Positions 42,590 through 56,369 of a DNA stretch of 64,000 nt are shown piece after piece (positions within the stretch are counted from its first letter, which is position 1; every line of letters starts with the position of its first letter). The translations under genes and the position numbers were made by a program. A model generated the notes under the pieces. The model did not search any database and was not told where the DNA came from. It saw nothing but the letters and a program-made list of their open reading frames with translations. Source of the stretch: the human T2T-CHM13v2.0 reference genome, Homo sapiens; assembly GCF_009914755.1 (NCBI RefSeq), contig NC_060926.1; one strand, written 5' to 3'.

Positions 42590-44775
42590 ATTTTAATTTT
42601 AATAGTAGAATTGCCTATTGAGTTTTTTGCCACCCAAAACCTCTTTTCATGCTCTGAAACTTTTGTTATAATTCCCTTATTTTATTGATAATTTTACCAA
42701 ATATGTTTGTATCTGTAAAAATACGGTATAGTTTTACCTGCTTTTGAATTTTATTCTAAGATAGGCAAACTTTGTCCAGAAAGGTCAGAAAGTATTTTAA
42801 AATTATGCACCATAGTTCTCTGTCACACCTGCTCAACTTTGCTTTTGGTAGCCTGAGAGTAGCCAAAGACAATATGCAAATAAATATCCATGCCTGTCTT
42901 TCAATAACACTGAATTTTATCTACAAAAATAGGCAGCCAATCTGCAAAAAACAGTTTACTAATCTCACCTTATAGGAATGGAATCCATTTTTTAGAATAT
43001 TATTTTATGTGAATACTCCATAATCATTTACATATGCATTTTTTAGAATATTACATGAATATTCCATAATTATTTAAGTATGCATTCTATTTTTGATACC
43101 TTGTTAGATTGTGTCCAGTTTTGTAGCTATTACAAAAACATGCAGCTAGTGTTCAATAAACATTCTGGTAATTATTCTGATGCCAGTATGTCAACTTCAT
43201 CAGATAATACTAAGTTACTTTCAATGATGGAAGTATCAATTTGCATTCTTAGTAGAGTATATGCAAGTTCTCTTTATTCTATATTCTTATCAAAACTTGA
43301 AATTGGCTTTCTAATTTTTTACTAATCTAATAGGTGTTCAAGTATACTATCCATTCTTTAGTTTGCAGTTCCTTATTAATTAATTATTTGTCTAGATTTC
43401 CATTAGTATTTGGATTTCCTCTATTTCAAAATGACTATTCATATTTTTTTCCAATTTTTCAAATAAGTTTTTTTTTCTGTTTTCTTAAGGATTCTTAATA
43501 CATTCTAGATTTTCTCTATCTTCATTACAATAATTTGGTTTGCTTTGGTTTTCCACCCTACTTCTTACATCATTGTAGCCCAAGGCATAAATATTTTCAC
43601 ATAAGTTTTTCTCTAGAAGTTTTGTAATTTTAGCTTTTATACCTAGGTCTATGGTTTATTTTGAGATAATTTTTGAAACATGCTGTGAGGTATGGATAAA
43701 ACTTTATTTTTTAAATGTAACTAGTCAGTTGTTTCATTTATATATGAAAAACCCTTTCCTTTATTCAATGGGTTTCCTTTAAATATTTGTTAAAATTATT
43801 TAACTATATATGAGAGGGTCCATTTCTGGAAACTATTATCTTCCAATAATCAATTTGACTATCTTTAGTCCAATACTATACTATCTTGATAATGATAGCA
43901 TGATAATAAATTTGAAAATCAGCCAAGTAAGCCAGATAAATGTGGTTTTTTTCCAAAGATATTTAGTCTCTACTAGTCCTTTGCATTTGTATGAAAACTT
44001 TAGGACCAGCTCATCAATTTCTACACAAAGAAAAGCCTGCTAGGGATTTGATTGTCATTTCATTGAATCTATAGATTAATTTTCAAGTTGATGTCTTTGT
44101 GAGTCTCTTGAGCCATGAACAAAGTGTATCTCTGCATTTATTTAGGCCTTCTTTAATAACTCTCAGGAATGTTGCGTAGATTTTATTCTGTGAGTTTCAT
44201 GCATATTTTGTCATATTGTCAAATTTAACCATAATTATTGCATGTTAATGCTATTGTAAGTGATATGAATTTTATTACATGCTATATTATATACTCATTG
44301 CTAGCATATAGAAATACCATTTGTAATTGATCTATTTTACAAACTTGCCATGCTCCCTTATTAGTTACACTAGCTTCTTCTGTAGATTCCATAGTATTTT
44401 ACACACAGATGATCATGTCATCTATAATGAGACAGTTTTATTTTAGCATTTTCTTTCTTTCTCGTTTTTTCCCCCAATGGCTAAAATTACTAGTACAATA
44501 GTGAAGAAGCAGGAGTAGACATTCTTTCCTTGTTCTCAGTCTAAAAATAAAATAATTTAGACTATGATCACTAAATAAAATATGAGATGGACATTTTTCA
44601 CATGTGCCCTATATCACAATTTGTCATATGCATCTTTCGTATGTGCAGTATATCCTAAACATGATGGCTTAGGAAATGTTCTACTATTCTCAGATTACTG
44701 AGTTTTTATCAGAAATTGATGTTATATTTTTTTCAATTACATTTTCTGTTTTTGTTAAGACGATTATACATTTTT
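42590..44775 (-). mobile_element. Old L1M (MD/ME) ORF2/3' fragment
   Basis: Antisense ORF2: 'gggatttgattgtcatttcattgaatctatagattaatt', 'ccatgaacaaagtgtatctctgcatttatttagg'. Confidence 0.75.
42757..42968. mobile_element. MER58A (hAT-Charlie MITE)
   Basis: 'ggcaaactttgtcc', 'tctctgtcacacctgctcaactttgc', 'agccaaagacaatatgcaaataaat'. Confidence 0.75.
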
Positions 44776-44777
44776 TA

Positions 44778-44815
44778 GCTTCAAGATGGCTGGCTAAGGT
44801 ATCTGGCAGTCACCT

Positions 44816-44868
<53 letters not shown>

Positions 44869-47800
44869 GTAGTGAGTAGATATTCATACTTTGAATAGAT
44901 CATCTAAGACAGAACACTTGAATTCAACAGCGGAGTGACAGAAAACCCTAAAGCGACAAAGGAGAGGGAAGTGAGTCAGCCTGCCCAGCCAGGATCACCT
45001 GGAGCCCCAGAGAGTCTCCCCAGTGTGCAGAAGGAGTTAAGTGAACAATTTGCAGCAGTCCACCACGAACTCTTTCAATCCCAGCCAAGGGAGAGCCCTT
45101 CAACTCTTGCGGACCCTGAGACTAACACAGGAAACTGCCTGCAGACTGCACAACAGTGTTAGTCAAGAGAGGAAGCTCACACTGGGTCCCACACATCCCC
45201 TGAGATGTTTATTAACATTAAGCAGCTACAGCACAGTGCCATTTCAAGAGTCCAGCCCCCACTAAACTGCACAGTGCCTTAGGACTCAACAGACTACACA
45301 TCTCCACATCCCTGGAGCCACAGTGACATCCTCAACATGTAGCTACCACTGCTGCTGACTGCTGCCACTTGGGCCAAAGCATGAGCCACCGGCAGGGACC
45401 CTCCCCTGCCAAGCAGCCAAGTAGGGGGATTACTGTTCATGAACAAGTGCCTCGAGGAACAAATGCCACCTTCTGCACCTGCCACCTGAGGCTGAATCAC
45501 ATACTCACCAGCTGTCTGCCTACAGCTGCTGAAAGCAAACCTGCCCTCCCCAGCAGCAGGGCCACACCCATGACCTCCATAACCAGGGCCTGGGCATCAC
45601 CCCAGACCAGACGACTACAGCCAGCACCTATATGTACCACCAGGGAGCCTGAGGACAGGTCTTCCTGGCCTAGCTTTGCCCCCACCAGTGCCCAAGCACA
45701 CTAACTGTGGACTTGGGGATCACCGTGCACCATTCACCATCTTTGGCACTTGAGCACTCTTCCTGGGGCTCAGGCAGCCTGATGCTACCCCCACAGCTGG
45801 CACTCCCCTGCATATGCCATCTGTGGGCCCAGGGACTGGTCTGCCCAGCTCATCACAGCCAGCACCAATATTAACATGGACTGGGAGCCAGAGAGTTGTC
45901 TCATTACTGCTACAGCTATCGCCTACACCATGCCTGCTGCCCAGGGATCCCAGGGATCCCAGGACCCATACAACTTCCTGGCCCACTACTGCCACTGCCA
46001 GCACCCAAGCAAGTCACTTGGAGGCCCAATAATTGGCCCACCTGGATCCACTAACACCAGTGCCAACATATGCCATCCTCAAGCCCAAGGACAGGCATGC
46101 TTGGCCCACTGCTGCTACCACAGGGGCCTGTGGACTGGTCCACCTGGCATCCCCATCCACAGCAACAACTTCACCACAGCCTCCATGAAGAACTGCACCC
46201 TGAGCAACTGAGGAAATCAGAGACACCACTGATACTGTTTACATCAGAAGAAATTATGTGGAGACTGCACTAGTGTATGCACCCAGAATAAAAGCCAAAA
46301 TGTCTTACCCAAGCAACAGTATAGGTACAACTTTATGAAAAAGTCCTCTCCTATGAAAAGAAATTCAAAAACTTGGAAGAAGCAATTGTTACATCAGATG
46401 TGTAGAAATTAATGTGAGGACACAAGAAACATGAAAAAACAAGGAAATATGATACCTCCAAAGGAGTACAATAATTATCTAGCAACAGATTCCTATGAAA
46501 AATAAATTTATGAAATGTTGAGAAAATATAACCAAAAATAATATTTTAAAAGCTCAGTAAGATGGGAGAGAACACAAATAATGCAAACAAATTAGAAAAA
46601 CAATGTAGGCTATGAATGAGAAATCCATAGAGGAAATAGATATCATTAAAAAAAATCCTGGAACTGAAAAGTCCATTGAATGCAATAAAAAACACATATG
46701 AGAGCTCAACAGTAGACTAGATCAAGTGGAAAAAAGAATTTCAGAACTTGAAGACAGACCTTTTGAAATAAGTCAGTAAGACAAAAATAAAGGAAAAAAG
46801 AATAAAAATGAAATGAAGAAAGCCTACATGACATATAGAACAACACAAAGCAACCAAATATTTGAATTTCCAATGTCCCAAAAGGTGAAGAGAAAACCAA
46901 AGAAATAGACAACCTATTTAATAAAATCATAGCTGAAAACTTCTTCCCCAGTCTAGCAAGAGATTCATACATCCAGATATAGGAAGCTCAAATATTCCTA
47001 AGCACATACAATTCAAAAAGGTCTTCTCCATGGCACATTACAGAATGAAACTGGACCCCTGTCTCTCCTTACAGACAAAAATAAACTGAAGATGGCTTAA
47101 GTATAAGATCTGAAAAAATGAAGCTATTTGAAGAAAACATTTAGGAAACACTACAAGACATCTGTTTAAGCACAGATCTTTATGGCTAAGACCTCAAAAG
47201 CAAAGGTAACAAAAATAGGCAAATAGAGTTATGTTAAACAAAAAATCTTCTTCACAGCAAAGGAAAGAATCAATAGAGTGAAGAAACAACCTATTGAATG
47301 GCAGAAAATATTTTTAAACTATTCATATGCCAAGTGATTCAGGATATACAAGCAACTGAAAAATCTCAACAGTGAGAAAACAAATAATGTCATTAAGAAG
47401 TGTCTAAAGGACATAAATAGACATTTCTTAAAAGAACACATACAAATGCACAAACGATATATGAAAAAAATGCTTAATATCACTAATTATCAGGGAAATA
47501 AAAATGAAAACCACAATGAGATATTATTTTACTCAAGTTACAGTGACTAGTACTAAAAAGACAAAAAATAACAGATACTGTTAGGAATGTGAAGATCAGA
47601 GGACCCTTATACACTGTCGGTGGGAATGTAAATTAGTGCAACCACTATGGAAAACAGAATGGAGATTTCTCAAAAAACTAAAAATAGAACTACCACACAA
47701 TCCAACAATCCCACTACTGAGTATTTATCCACAGGAAACAAAATCAATATATCAGATGGATACTGGCAATCCTATGTTTATTGCAGCACTCTTCACAACA

Positions 47801-48045
47801 ACAAAGATATGGAATCAACCCAAGTGTCCATCAATGAATAACTGAATGAGGACTAAATGGTAAATATATACAATGGAATATATTCAGCCATTAAAAAATT
47901 AAATCATGTCACTTACAGTAATATGGCTGGAATTAGAAGTGATTGTGTTAAGTTAAATAAGCTAGTCACCGAAAGAAAAACATTGCATATTATCACATAT
48001 TTTGGGGCTAAAAAGTTGATTTTTGTGGAGTTAGAGAGAACAAGA
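44778..48045 (+). mobile_element. L1MA-type element: 5'UTR (~44778-46430), partial ORF1, large internal deletion at ~47040, ORF2 3' end, truncated 3'UTR
   Basis: 5' 'ttcaagatggctg'; ORF1 start 'atgaaaaaacaaggaaatatgatacctccaaagg'; SP(R/W)HI motif fused to ORF2 RMKLDP motif. Confidence 0.85.
44817..44866. repeat. (CA)25 microsatellite
   Basis: Perfect CA run. Confidence 0.98.
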
Positions 48046-48234
48046 AACACTAACTCTAGTCACTCAACTCCAGTGTCACTTATTCTAAAAGGAATGCTAC
48101 TATTATATTAACATGGTTCTGTCTGCAGCACCATTTGGAGTTCATTGCTGTCAGCCATTTCAATGAGTTGCAACACTAGTTGCCTCCACCAGATGTTGCT
48201 GAAACGTTCCTGCCATTATCCATAAATAAATTTC

Positions 48235-49550
48235 CTCTGAAAGTAGCCTGCTACTGGGCATTTGTAATGACTGAATGATTGACCGTGGACCACCAAGTTA
48301 CCCTACAACCTGAGCTGAGTATCATTAGCTGGGTGCTCTCTGACTCATCAAGCCACAAAGCTGGGTGTGTACAGCACTACTCCACCATCATATGGAGCAG
48401 TGGGTATGTAATTGAGGCCAAGCAGGCCCTGAAGGCACAAGTTATACAAAGAAGTGACACAAATGCCTATGATTTCCCCTCCTGCTGCTACACTGCCTTC
48501 TCTCTCCCTGCTTGTGTGTATAGCCTCATTGTAGCAGTTTCCTATGATAAGCTGACAGAGGTAGGAAAGGCTCAGGCCTGGTTTTACAGATGGTTCTGTC
48601 TGATAGATAAGCACCATCCAAAAGTGGATAGCTGTGGCACTACAGCCCCATTTTCAGGCATCCCTGAAGGATGGCAAGGAAGGCAAATCTTCCCAGTGGG
48701 CAAAACTTCGGACAGTCTACCTGGTTGTGCACTTTACTTGGAAGGATAAATAGCCATATGTGTGACTATATACCATTTCATGGGCTGTAACAAGTGGTTT
48801 GGCTGGATGGTCAGGGAATTTGAAGAAACTTGATCGAAAAATTAGTGAGAAACAAATTTATGAAAGAGGTATGTGAAAAGACCTCTCCGAATGGGCAATA
48901 CAACATAAAGATATTTGTGTTTCATGGGCATTCTCACAAAAGGTTGACTTCAGTAGAGAAGCATTTTAATAACTAAGTAGATAGGGCAACTCATTCTGTG
49001 GATAGCATCAGCCTCTCCTCAGCCACCCATGTCATTGCCCAATGATCTCATGAACAAAGTGATCATGGTAGCAGGGATGGATGTTATACATTAGCTCAGC
49101 AACATGGACTCTTCATTTCTAAGGCTGACCTGGCTACAGCCACCACTGTGTCAAATCTATCAGCAGTGGAGACCATTACTGGGTCAATGAAATGGCACGA
49201 TTCCCTGGGATGATCAGCAAGCTACCTGGTAGCAAGTTGACTACATTGGATCACTTCTATTATGGAAGAGGCAGCATTTTTTTCTTACCAGAATAGATAC
49301 TTACTTTGGATATGGATTTGCCTTCCCAGCATGCAATGCTTCTACCAAAACTATCATCTGTAAACTTACAGAATGCCTTATCCACCATAAAAGTATTAAC
49401 AGTTAACAGAAATGAGGATTATAATTCCACACAGCATTGCTTCTGACTAAAGGACTTGTGACAGCCAAAAAAGTGTGGCAATGAGCTCATGATAATAATA
49501 TTCACCAGTCTTACCACGTTTTCCATTATCTTGAAACAGCTGGTTTGATT
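48235..49550 (+). pseudogene. pol: ERVL (HERV-L/MLT2-associated) pol remnant: connection, RNase H, integrase
   Basis: ACYWA, HQVTLQPELSIISWVLSDSSSHKAG, AWF(T)DGS, QVDYIG, IDTYFGYGFAFP motifs. Confidence 0.88.
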
Positions 49551-49887
49551 GTAGGACTTCTTGGCCTTCATAATTATATGAGCCAACTCCTGATAATAAA
49601 TTATATATTAATAACCAAGTGAATAACGTGACTCATTTTGCAGCTGCCAGTCACCCTCTTTCCCTAGATGTTCCTCTTATCACTCAATGAACCAATGAAC
49701 TTATATAGAGAGAGACTATGTATTTATATAAAGTATAGAATATATATAGTCTATATTCTATAGACTGCATACTATATATTCATAGACTATATATTCAATA
49801 ACATAAACTATATATATATATATATATATGTTATATATAGTTTATATTCTATTGGTTCTGTTTATCTGGAGAACCCTCACTGATACA
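49551..49887 (+). mobile_element. MLT2 LTR 3' part, joined to pol by a deletion; (TA)n-rich interior
   Basis: 'ggacttcttggccttcataattatatgagccaa' ... 'ctattggttctgtttatctggagaaccctcactgataca'. Confidence 0.8.
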
Positions 49888-50118
49888 GATGCTGAAATTA
49901 AGAAATTACTTTTAATCAAAGTTTAAATCTAGGTCACCTACAGGAAAATACTGTCTAAAGATGAAGCAAAGTCTTGACTACAAAAACTGTTAAAACCTCA
50001 GAAATAAAAAAGGTGATATCTCAGAGTATGATTCAATCACACAAATGCCCTTTTAAAAAGTTTAGGGATGAGATGGGCATTACAAATTATCTCAAATATC
50101 AAGCTGTCCATAGAAAAC

Positions 50119-50514
50119 TGTTATGGTCAGAATTGTGTACCCCCAAAATTCATAAACTAAAGTCCTAACCCCCAGCACCTCATAATGTGTCTCCACTTAG
50201 AAACAGGTCCTTTAAAGAGGTGACTGAGTTAAAATGAGTTTTTTATTAAGAAGGGATCATTAAGTTAAAACAGGGCCATATTCAATATGACTGATGTCCT
50301 TATATGAAGAGAAAAATTCAGACATAGCCACGCATAAAGGAAAGATCAAACGAAGACAAAGAGAGAAGATGACTATAAGTCAAGGAGAGAATTCTCAGAA
50401 GACACCAAAACTGCTGACACCTTAATTTTCCAGAACTGTGACAAAACAAATTTCTGTTGTTTAAGACATCCGGTCTGTGATATTTTCTGATGGCGTCCCT
50501 GACACACGAATATG
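50119..50514 (+). mobile_element. MLT1B-like MaLR LTR
   Basis: 'tgttatggtcagaattgtgtacccccaaaattcat..aagtcctaacccccag'. Confidence 0.85.
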
Positions 50515-50649
50515 CCATACAACTTTTAAGTGGTGTTAATGTCTTCTAGCCTTAATAACTTGCAAAATTTCTTATTCATCCTGCATTATCATAAGTTATA
50601 AAAGTGAAACATTTGTCATCGCTCAAAACATATAGAAACTAAGTACAAA

Positions 50650-52021
50650 TTTTCACTGTTGTGTTTTATTATGGCAGCACTTGCAGACTAATATGGAATC
50701 TTAATGGCCTTGCCCCTTCACTATCTACACAGGAACAAAAAGTAGAAAAAAATCTATGTCAAATAAATTAGTGGCTTTTATATCTGCCTAATTAAGTAAA
50801 CTGCAGTTATATTCAGAGGAAGCCTACAAAGTTTTTGAGTGAATTATATCAGCAAAACCATTCCAGAATTAGATGAATGAAATAACAAGATGCTTTTTGA
50901 AATTTCAAATCCTACAGGCAGAAAGCAAGCTGGGAATACTACTTGGCTTCAAACACATTTACCAAAAATTAAGTATGACTCAAAGCGTATGATAAAAACC
51001 TCAGAGGGAGGAAATGAGAGCTGTGGAGAATTATTCTCAGGCCTTGAGACCTAATCAAGGAGCTGTCAACATTTGCCTGGCTAGATTTCAGAATTTCTAT
51101 CAGTGACTCATTTTGCTTCTCATTTCCCCCCTTTTTAAACAGTAATGTCTTCAGGAGTTACCCTGTACCTGTCCCCTTACTGTATGTTGATCATGTAAAG
51201 AACAGAATGTGTCTCTCTAGTTTGACAAATCAACAGATTGACAAGAACTGTACTTAAGAAGCTGCACTTGTGGCACTGTTATTTGAGGAGAGTCATCACA
51301 CATGAAAATAAGTTAGGCAGTGAGATTATGACCTTTAAGCTGGTGATGTAATGTGATGGAACTTTAGGGGAATGTGGGTGGATATAAATGCATTTTGAAT
51401 GTGGGAGGAATATGAATTATTGGAATCAGAGTGCAGATTAAGAAAACAGCTTCTTAGATGGCCCCAATAATTCTAACCTCCTGGTGCGGTATTAACACCT
51501 TGTGTAATCCCCTCCTCTTCATTTTGTGAGAGTCCAGTGACTTTCTTCTAGTAAGTACAATCTGGCAAAGGCGTTGAGCTCCCTTCTGAAAAATGTTCTT
51601 TCTCCTGCTTTTTCTCTTCTGCTTTATCTCACTTGTTCATTCTGATGGAAGCCAGCTGACATGCTGCATGTTGCCCAACGGAAAACCATATGGCGCTCAA
51701 TGGAGGGAGCTTCTGGTCCACCGCCAAGGAGAAACTGAGATCCTCAGGCCAACAACAGTGAGGAACTGAATGTTGCTATCAATCACAGGACCGATCTTGG
51801 AAGTAAACCCTCCCTTAGGTGAGGCTTCAGGAGAGACAATGACTCTGGCTAACACCTTAACGTCATTCCTGTGGAAAATCTGGAGAAAGAATCAGCCAGC
51901 TAAGCTGCACCCAGAATCGTGACTCACAGAAGCTGTGAGATAATAATGGCTTTTTTCTTTGTTTGTTTTAAGCCATTGGGTTTTGCATTAATTTGTTACA
52001 CAGCTACAGATGACTAATACA
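50650..52021 (+). mobile_element. MLT1E/F-type MaLR: LTR end, internal remnant (~50700-51438) and LTR (~51439-52021)
   Basis: MLT-int motifs 'tctcaggccttgagacctaatcaagg', 'gcattttgaatgtgggagg'; LTR ends 'gttacacagctacagatgactaataca'. Confidence 0.75.
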
Positions 52022-52720
<699 letters not shown>

Positions 52721-52869
52721 TTTCTAGTCACCATGAAGCAGCTATGAGTCTGAAAAAAAAAAAAAAAGAGCTATGAATCTCTTTACTTCTTAATAAAGAC
52801 CATTTAGGAAAGTTTGCATTTAGCTGATAAGGGCCACAGTACATCTTAGTTGCTTACCCTATGGAAATA

Positions 52870-53930
52870 TCAACTCTCCAGAATCACTCACCTCTTAAAA
52901 ACACAGTACATCGCCTGGATCCATTATGCTGAGGGTATCATGCTAAATGGAACTAGTAAACTAAACATTACTAAACGTTTTAATACAACACATATGTGGC
53001 ACAGAGTGGAAAACAAATCCTATAAAAATGTAGATAGCTGTCTGTCCTATGGTCTAGGGTATGTTCAGTCATCCCTTCCAAGGTAAAGGATGAATTCCTG
53101 CATCTCGCATTCTTACAACTAAGACACAGACACAGTGTCTGGTGATGCTCTTTGGAAGAATACACTTGTTGTTGGATTGTGCTATCAAAAACTATTTGCC
53201 AAATATTCCAAAAGTTTTCCAGTTTTTAATGGAACCCAGAAAAGAAAATGCTTTGTAACAGGTCCAGGATGCTGTGCAGGCTGCTCTGCTATTTGGCTTA
53301 CGTAGCTAAGCAGATCAAAAGGTGCTCAAAGAATGTGTGGCAGATAGAATGTTGTATGGATCAGTGATAGACACTTATAAATGAATCACAGCACAATCCT
53401 TTAGAACTTTGGAGTAAAGCCATACCGTCCTCAGCATTTAACTATGTTCCCTTTGAGAAAGTTTCTGGCTTGATATAGTCCTTAATAGAGGCTGAATGAA
53501 TGCTTGACCATTGACCATCTAATTATGCTCATTATCTAGAAGTTGTATAATAGACCAAGCTGTATATTTGGTTGATTGCAGCAGGACTTCATTATTAAAT
53601 GGAAGGAGTACATAAATAGAGGGATCAAATAAATCCTTAAGTAATGAGTCAGTTACATGGCCACGTGGCTTGGATGTCTATGGCTCCTACTCCTGCCTCA
53701 CTGTCTCCTCCATCTTAACCCACGTTTATGGCCTTATGAGGAGTTTCTTCTAGCTAGGTGATTAGGAGGTAATCTGGCAATTTCCATTGCTGTGCACCTA
53801 ACTTGCCAAAAGCCAAGACCAATGCTGAGTCCCTGACGCTATTTCTCAGCATGATCAGTCAATTACCTGGTGGCAAATTGATTACATTGGACTACTTCCA
53901 ACATGAAAAGAGCACTTGGTTTTACATTTC
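52870..53930 (+). pseudogene. pol: Ancient ERVL pol remnant (RT, connection, integrase start) with internal deletion
   Basis: HYAEGIML (cf. HYIDDIML), IPSKVKDEFLHL, TWWQIDYIGLLP; heavily diverged. Confidence 0.7.
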
Positions 53931-54139
53931 CAGAATTTGGTTCTTTATCTCCAGAATTTGGTTCTTTTTTCTCTTCCACTTCCTGAATTATTTATCTGTC
54001 TAATATTTCCCTCCTTCTGGCTATCACTCTGTCTGTTCCTCTCCCTCTTCTCCGTCTCTTCTCAATCATTCTCATTAAGTCACATACATAAGATTGGACA
54101 TAATTTTTTTTTTCTTTTGATGCTACATAGACCTCCAAT

Positions 54140-55350
54140 TTTAACCTACACTCAATACTCTAGAAAAACTGTTCTTATAAAGATCAGTGATAACTTATGT
54201 CAAATTTAATTGCTATTCTTAATTGTTTTCTCAGCAATATTCAAGAGTGACCAGATGTTTCACCTTGAAACACACTCCCCTCCTGATTTTCTTGGTCTTT
54301 CTAATATAAGGCTACTTTTTTGTCTTCCAGTCTCCTTTGTAGACTGCTCCTTCTTTATAAATGGACATTTTTGGAGTGTGGTTCAAAGCATGCTTCTTTT
54401 CCCCAAGGTGGCAGTAATACTGCTTAAGCTTGTGGGTTCTAAATTTGGACTATATAAATTTAAAATTTGCCTCCATCATTTACTGTGTGGCCATGGGAAA
54501 GTTACATAACCCTTTAAGATTACAGTTTTGCTTCTCTAAATAGAGTATAGAACCACTACCTATTTCTCAGAGTTTTAACAAAGACTAAACAAGGTAAATC
54601 ATGTGAAGTGCTGAGCATTTTTCCTGGAATCTAGTTAATAGTCAATAAATGTAAGTGATATTTAACCATACGTTGCTTCATAATCTTCACAGGCAATCTC
54701 ATCCATTCTAGCAGCAATATATGACATCTGTATGTTAGTAATTTTCAATGTATAGCTTTCCTGCGAATTTCTCACACCAGAAAATTAGGCGGTCATCTTG
54801 GGTTTCTGTTTTTCCTCTTTATACATATAACATCATTAGATATTTAGTGCCTTTCTTTTTCAGACTATGTCTTAAATATGTCTACTTTCAATTTTCAGAG
54901 GGCTAGTGACTTTCAACTTATCATTATTTATTTCCTTAAGGCTGAAATAGTCTCATTATTATTAACATTTCTCTTTCATGCTTCCTTCATCAGATCATTT
55001 GTCTTCAGAGTAGTCAGAATAATAAGTGTAAAACAAATCATATTATGATGCTTGACTGCTTAAAATTCCCACTGTGTTCATATAAAACCCAAATACTTTA
55101 AAATGACCATAAAAATCATACCTGACTTAGTACCCGACCTCATACCCTTCTAACCTTGTTCCCAGTAACCATACCTTTTGCTCACTATGTCTCAGCAAAG
55201 TAGTATTTTGGCCTCTTAAAATACCAAGTGTTGTGTTTCTTTCCCCTCACTCTCTTCATTACTCTTCCCACTGTTGGCCATGCACTCTTTCCCTTCCTAT
55301 GGGTAACTCTCTCTCATTCTTCCCAAATGTACTCCTACATATCTAGTGGT
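54140..55350 (+). mobile_element. L2 fragments interrupted by a MIR
   Basis: 'aaaactgttcttataaagatcagtgataac', 'tctcagcaatattcaagagtgacca', 'ggcaatctcatccattct'. Confidence 0.6.
54410..54660 (+). mobile_element. MIR (MIRb-like)
   Basis: 'ccatcatttactgtgtggccatgggaaagttacataacc', 'tcaataaatgtaag'. Confidence 0.75.
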
Positions 55351-56369
55351 TTTATGGTTCAAATTAAATAGGTAGGATCCTCTTCACCATAAGATTTAAT
55401 GTTGAAAATTAAGAGGTTTTTTTTTTAAAAAAAAAATCAGAAATAAATTCCCAAGTTAATACATAACTTCTTCAGGTTTGAGTACATGGCTGTTTCTGTT
55501 CCTTCTATCATTGTAGGCCTCAGCTTCATAATCCCTACAACCCTAATTACAGTACTTTTTAAGCACTCAGACATAGGCAGGGAAACCAAATTCATGCTCT
55601 GGTCTCCAAAATCACTGACTCTGTCCTCTAAAATTTCACAGGAAATGAATATCAATCCTCCTCTGCCAGTTTCTAACCCAGAAATCCAGTTGTTTTCTTA
55701 TCATTTTAACCTTCACTCACTGCTGTGTATCTACATTTTATTCTCATCTAAGAGAGTTGTTGGCCTCATTTTTATTTTCAATATCCCTTATAATGTTTAT
55801 ATGGGAATATATTTACACACGTATATTTATATAATTATATACATGTGTATGTTGATAGATATAGATATGTGTGTGCATATGTATGTGTGTATACTTATAT
55901 TTTTAAAATAACTTACAGTATTAATTGTTTTTTGTCAAGGGGTTCCAAATTCCTTTCATTGTGATGTGACATGTACACATTCACAAAAATACTTACTTTG
56001 TAAATGAACAGGTATATAAATAATGAAATATATGAAAGCTATGTGGGATATTCTGGGAATTAAAAAGACAGAATTATGGGTGCTGAGACTCAGAACAATT
56101 TAATGACATAAAGGAAGTAGTAGATTTAGAGTGTAGAAAATATCTGATTATTACTTTCACATAGAGGCATTATTATTAGTTTCAGTGATTGTATGGGGAT
56201 GTAGTTCCACTTTGAAGAACTGTCATACCACTAACTTTGTTGTACAATATAGTACAATGATCCTGATTTAGACATTCAACAAGCCTGGCTTCTAGAATAG
56301 AAATATATGTATGTTATTACATGATTCATTTACTTCCTCTGAGAAATACTTCTTTCTTCAGTTAAACTT

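Noticed and set aside
44935-46273. Cluster of GC-richer overlapping ORFs
   Set aside because: They lie in an L1 5'UTR on both strands with no recognisable protein; same for the ORFs at 16754-18147
53929-53968. Small local duplications (tccagaatttggttcttt x2; also ~42985-43085 and ~63243-63283)
   Set aside because: Ordinary slippage duplications with no further structure
55486-55911. 141-aa hydrophobic ORF
   Set aside because: C-terminus is translated (TA/TG)n low-complexity DNA; no family similarity
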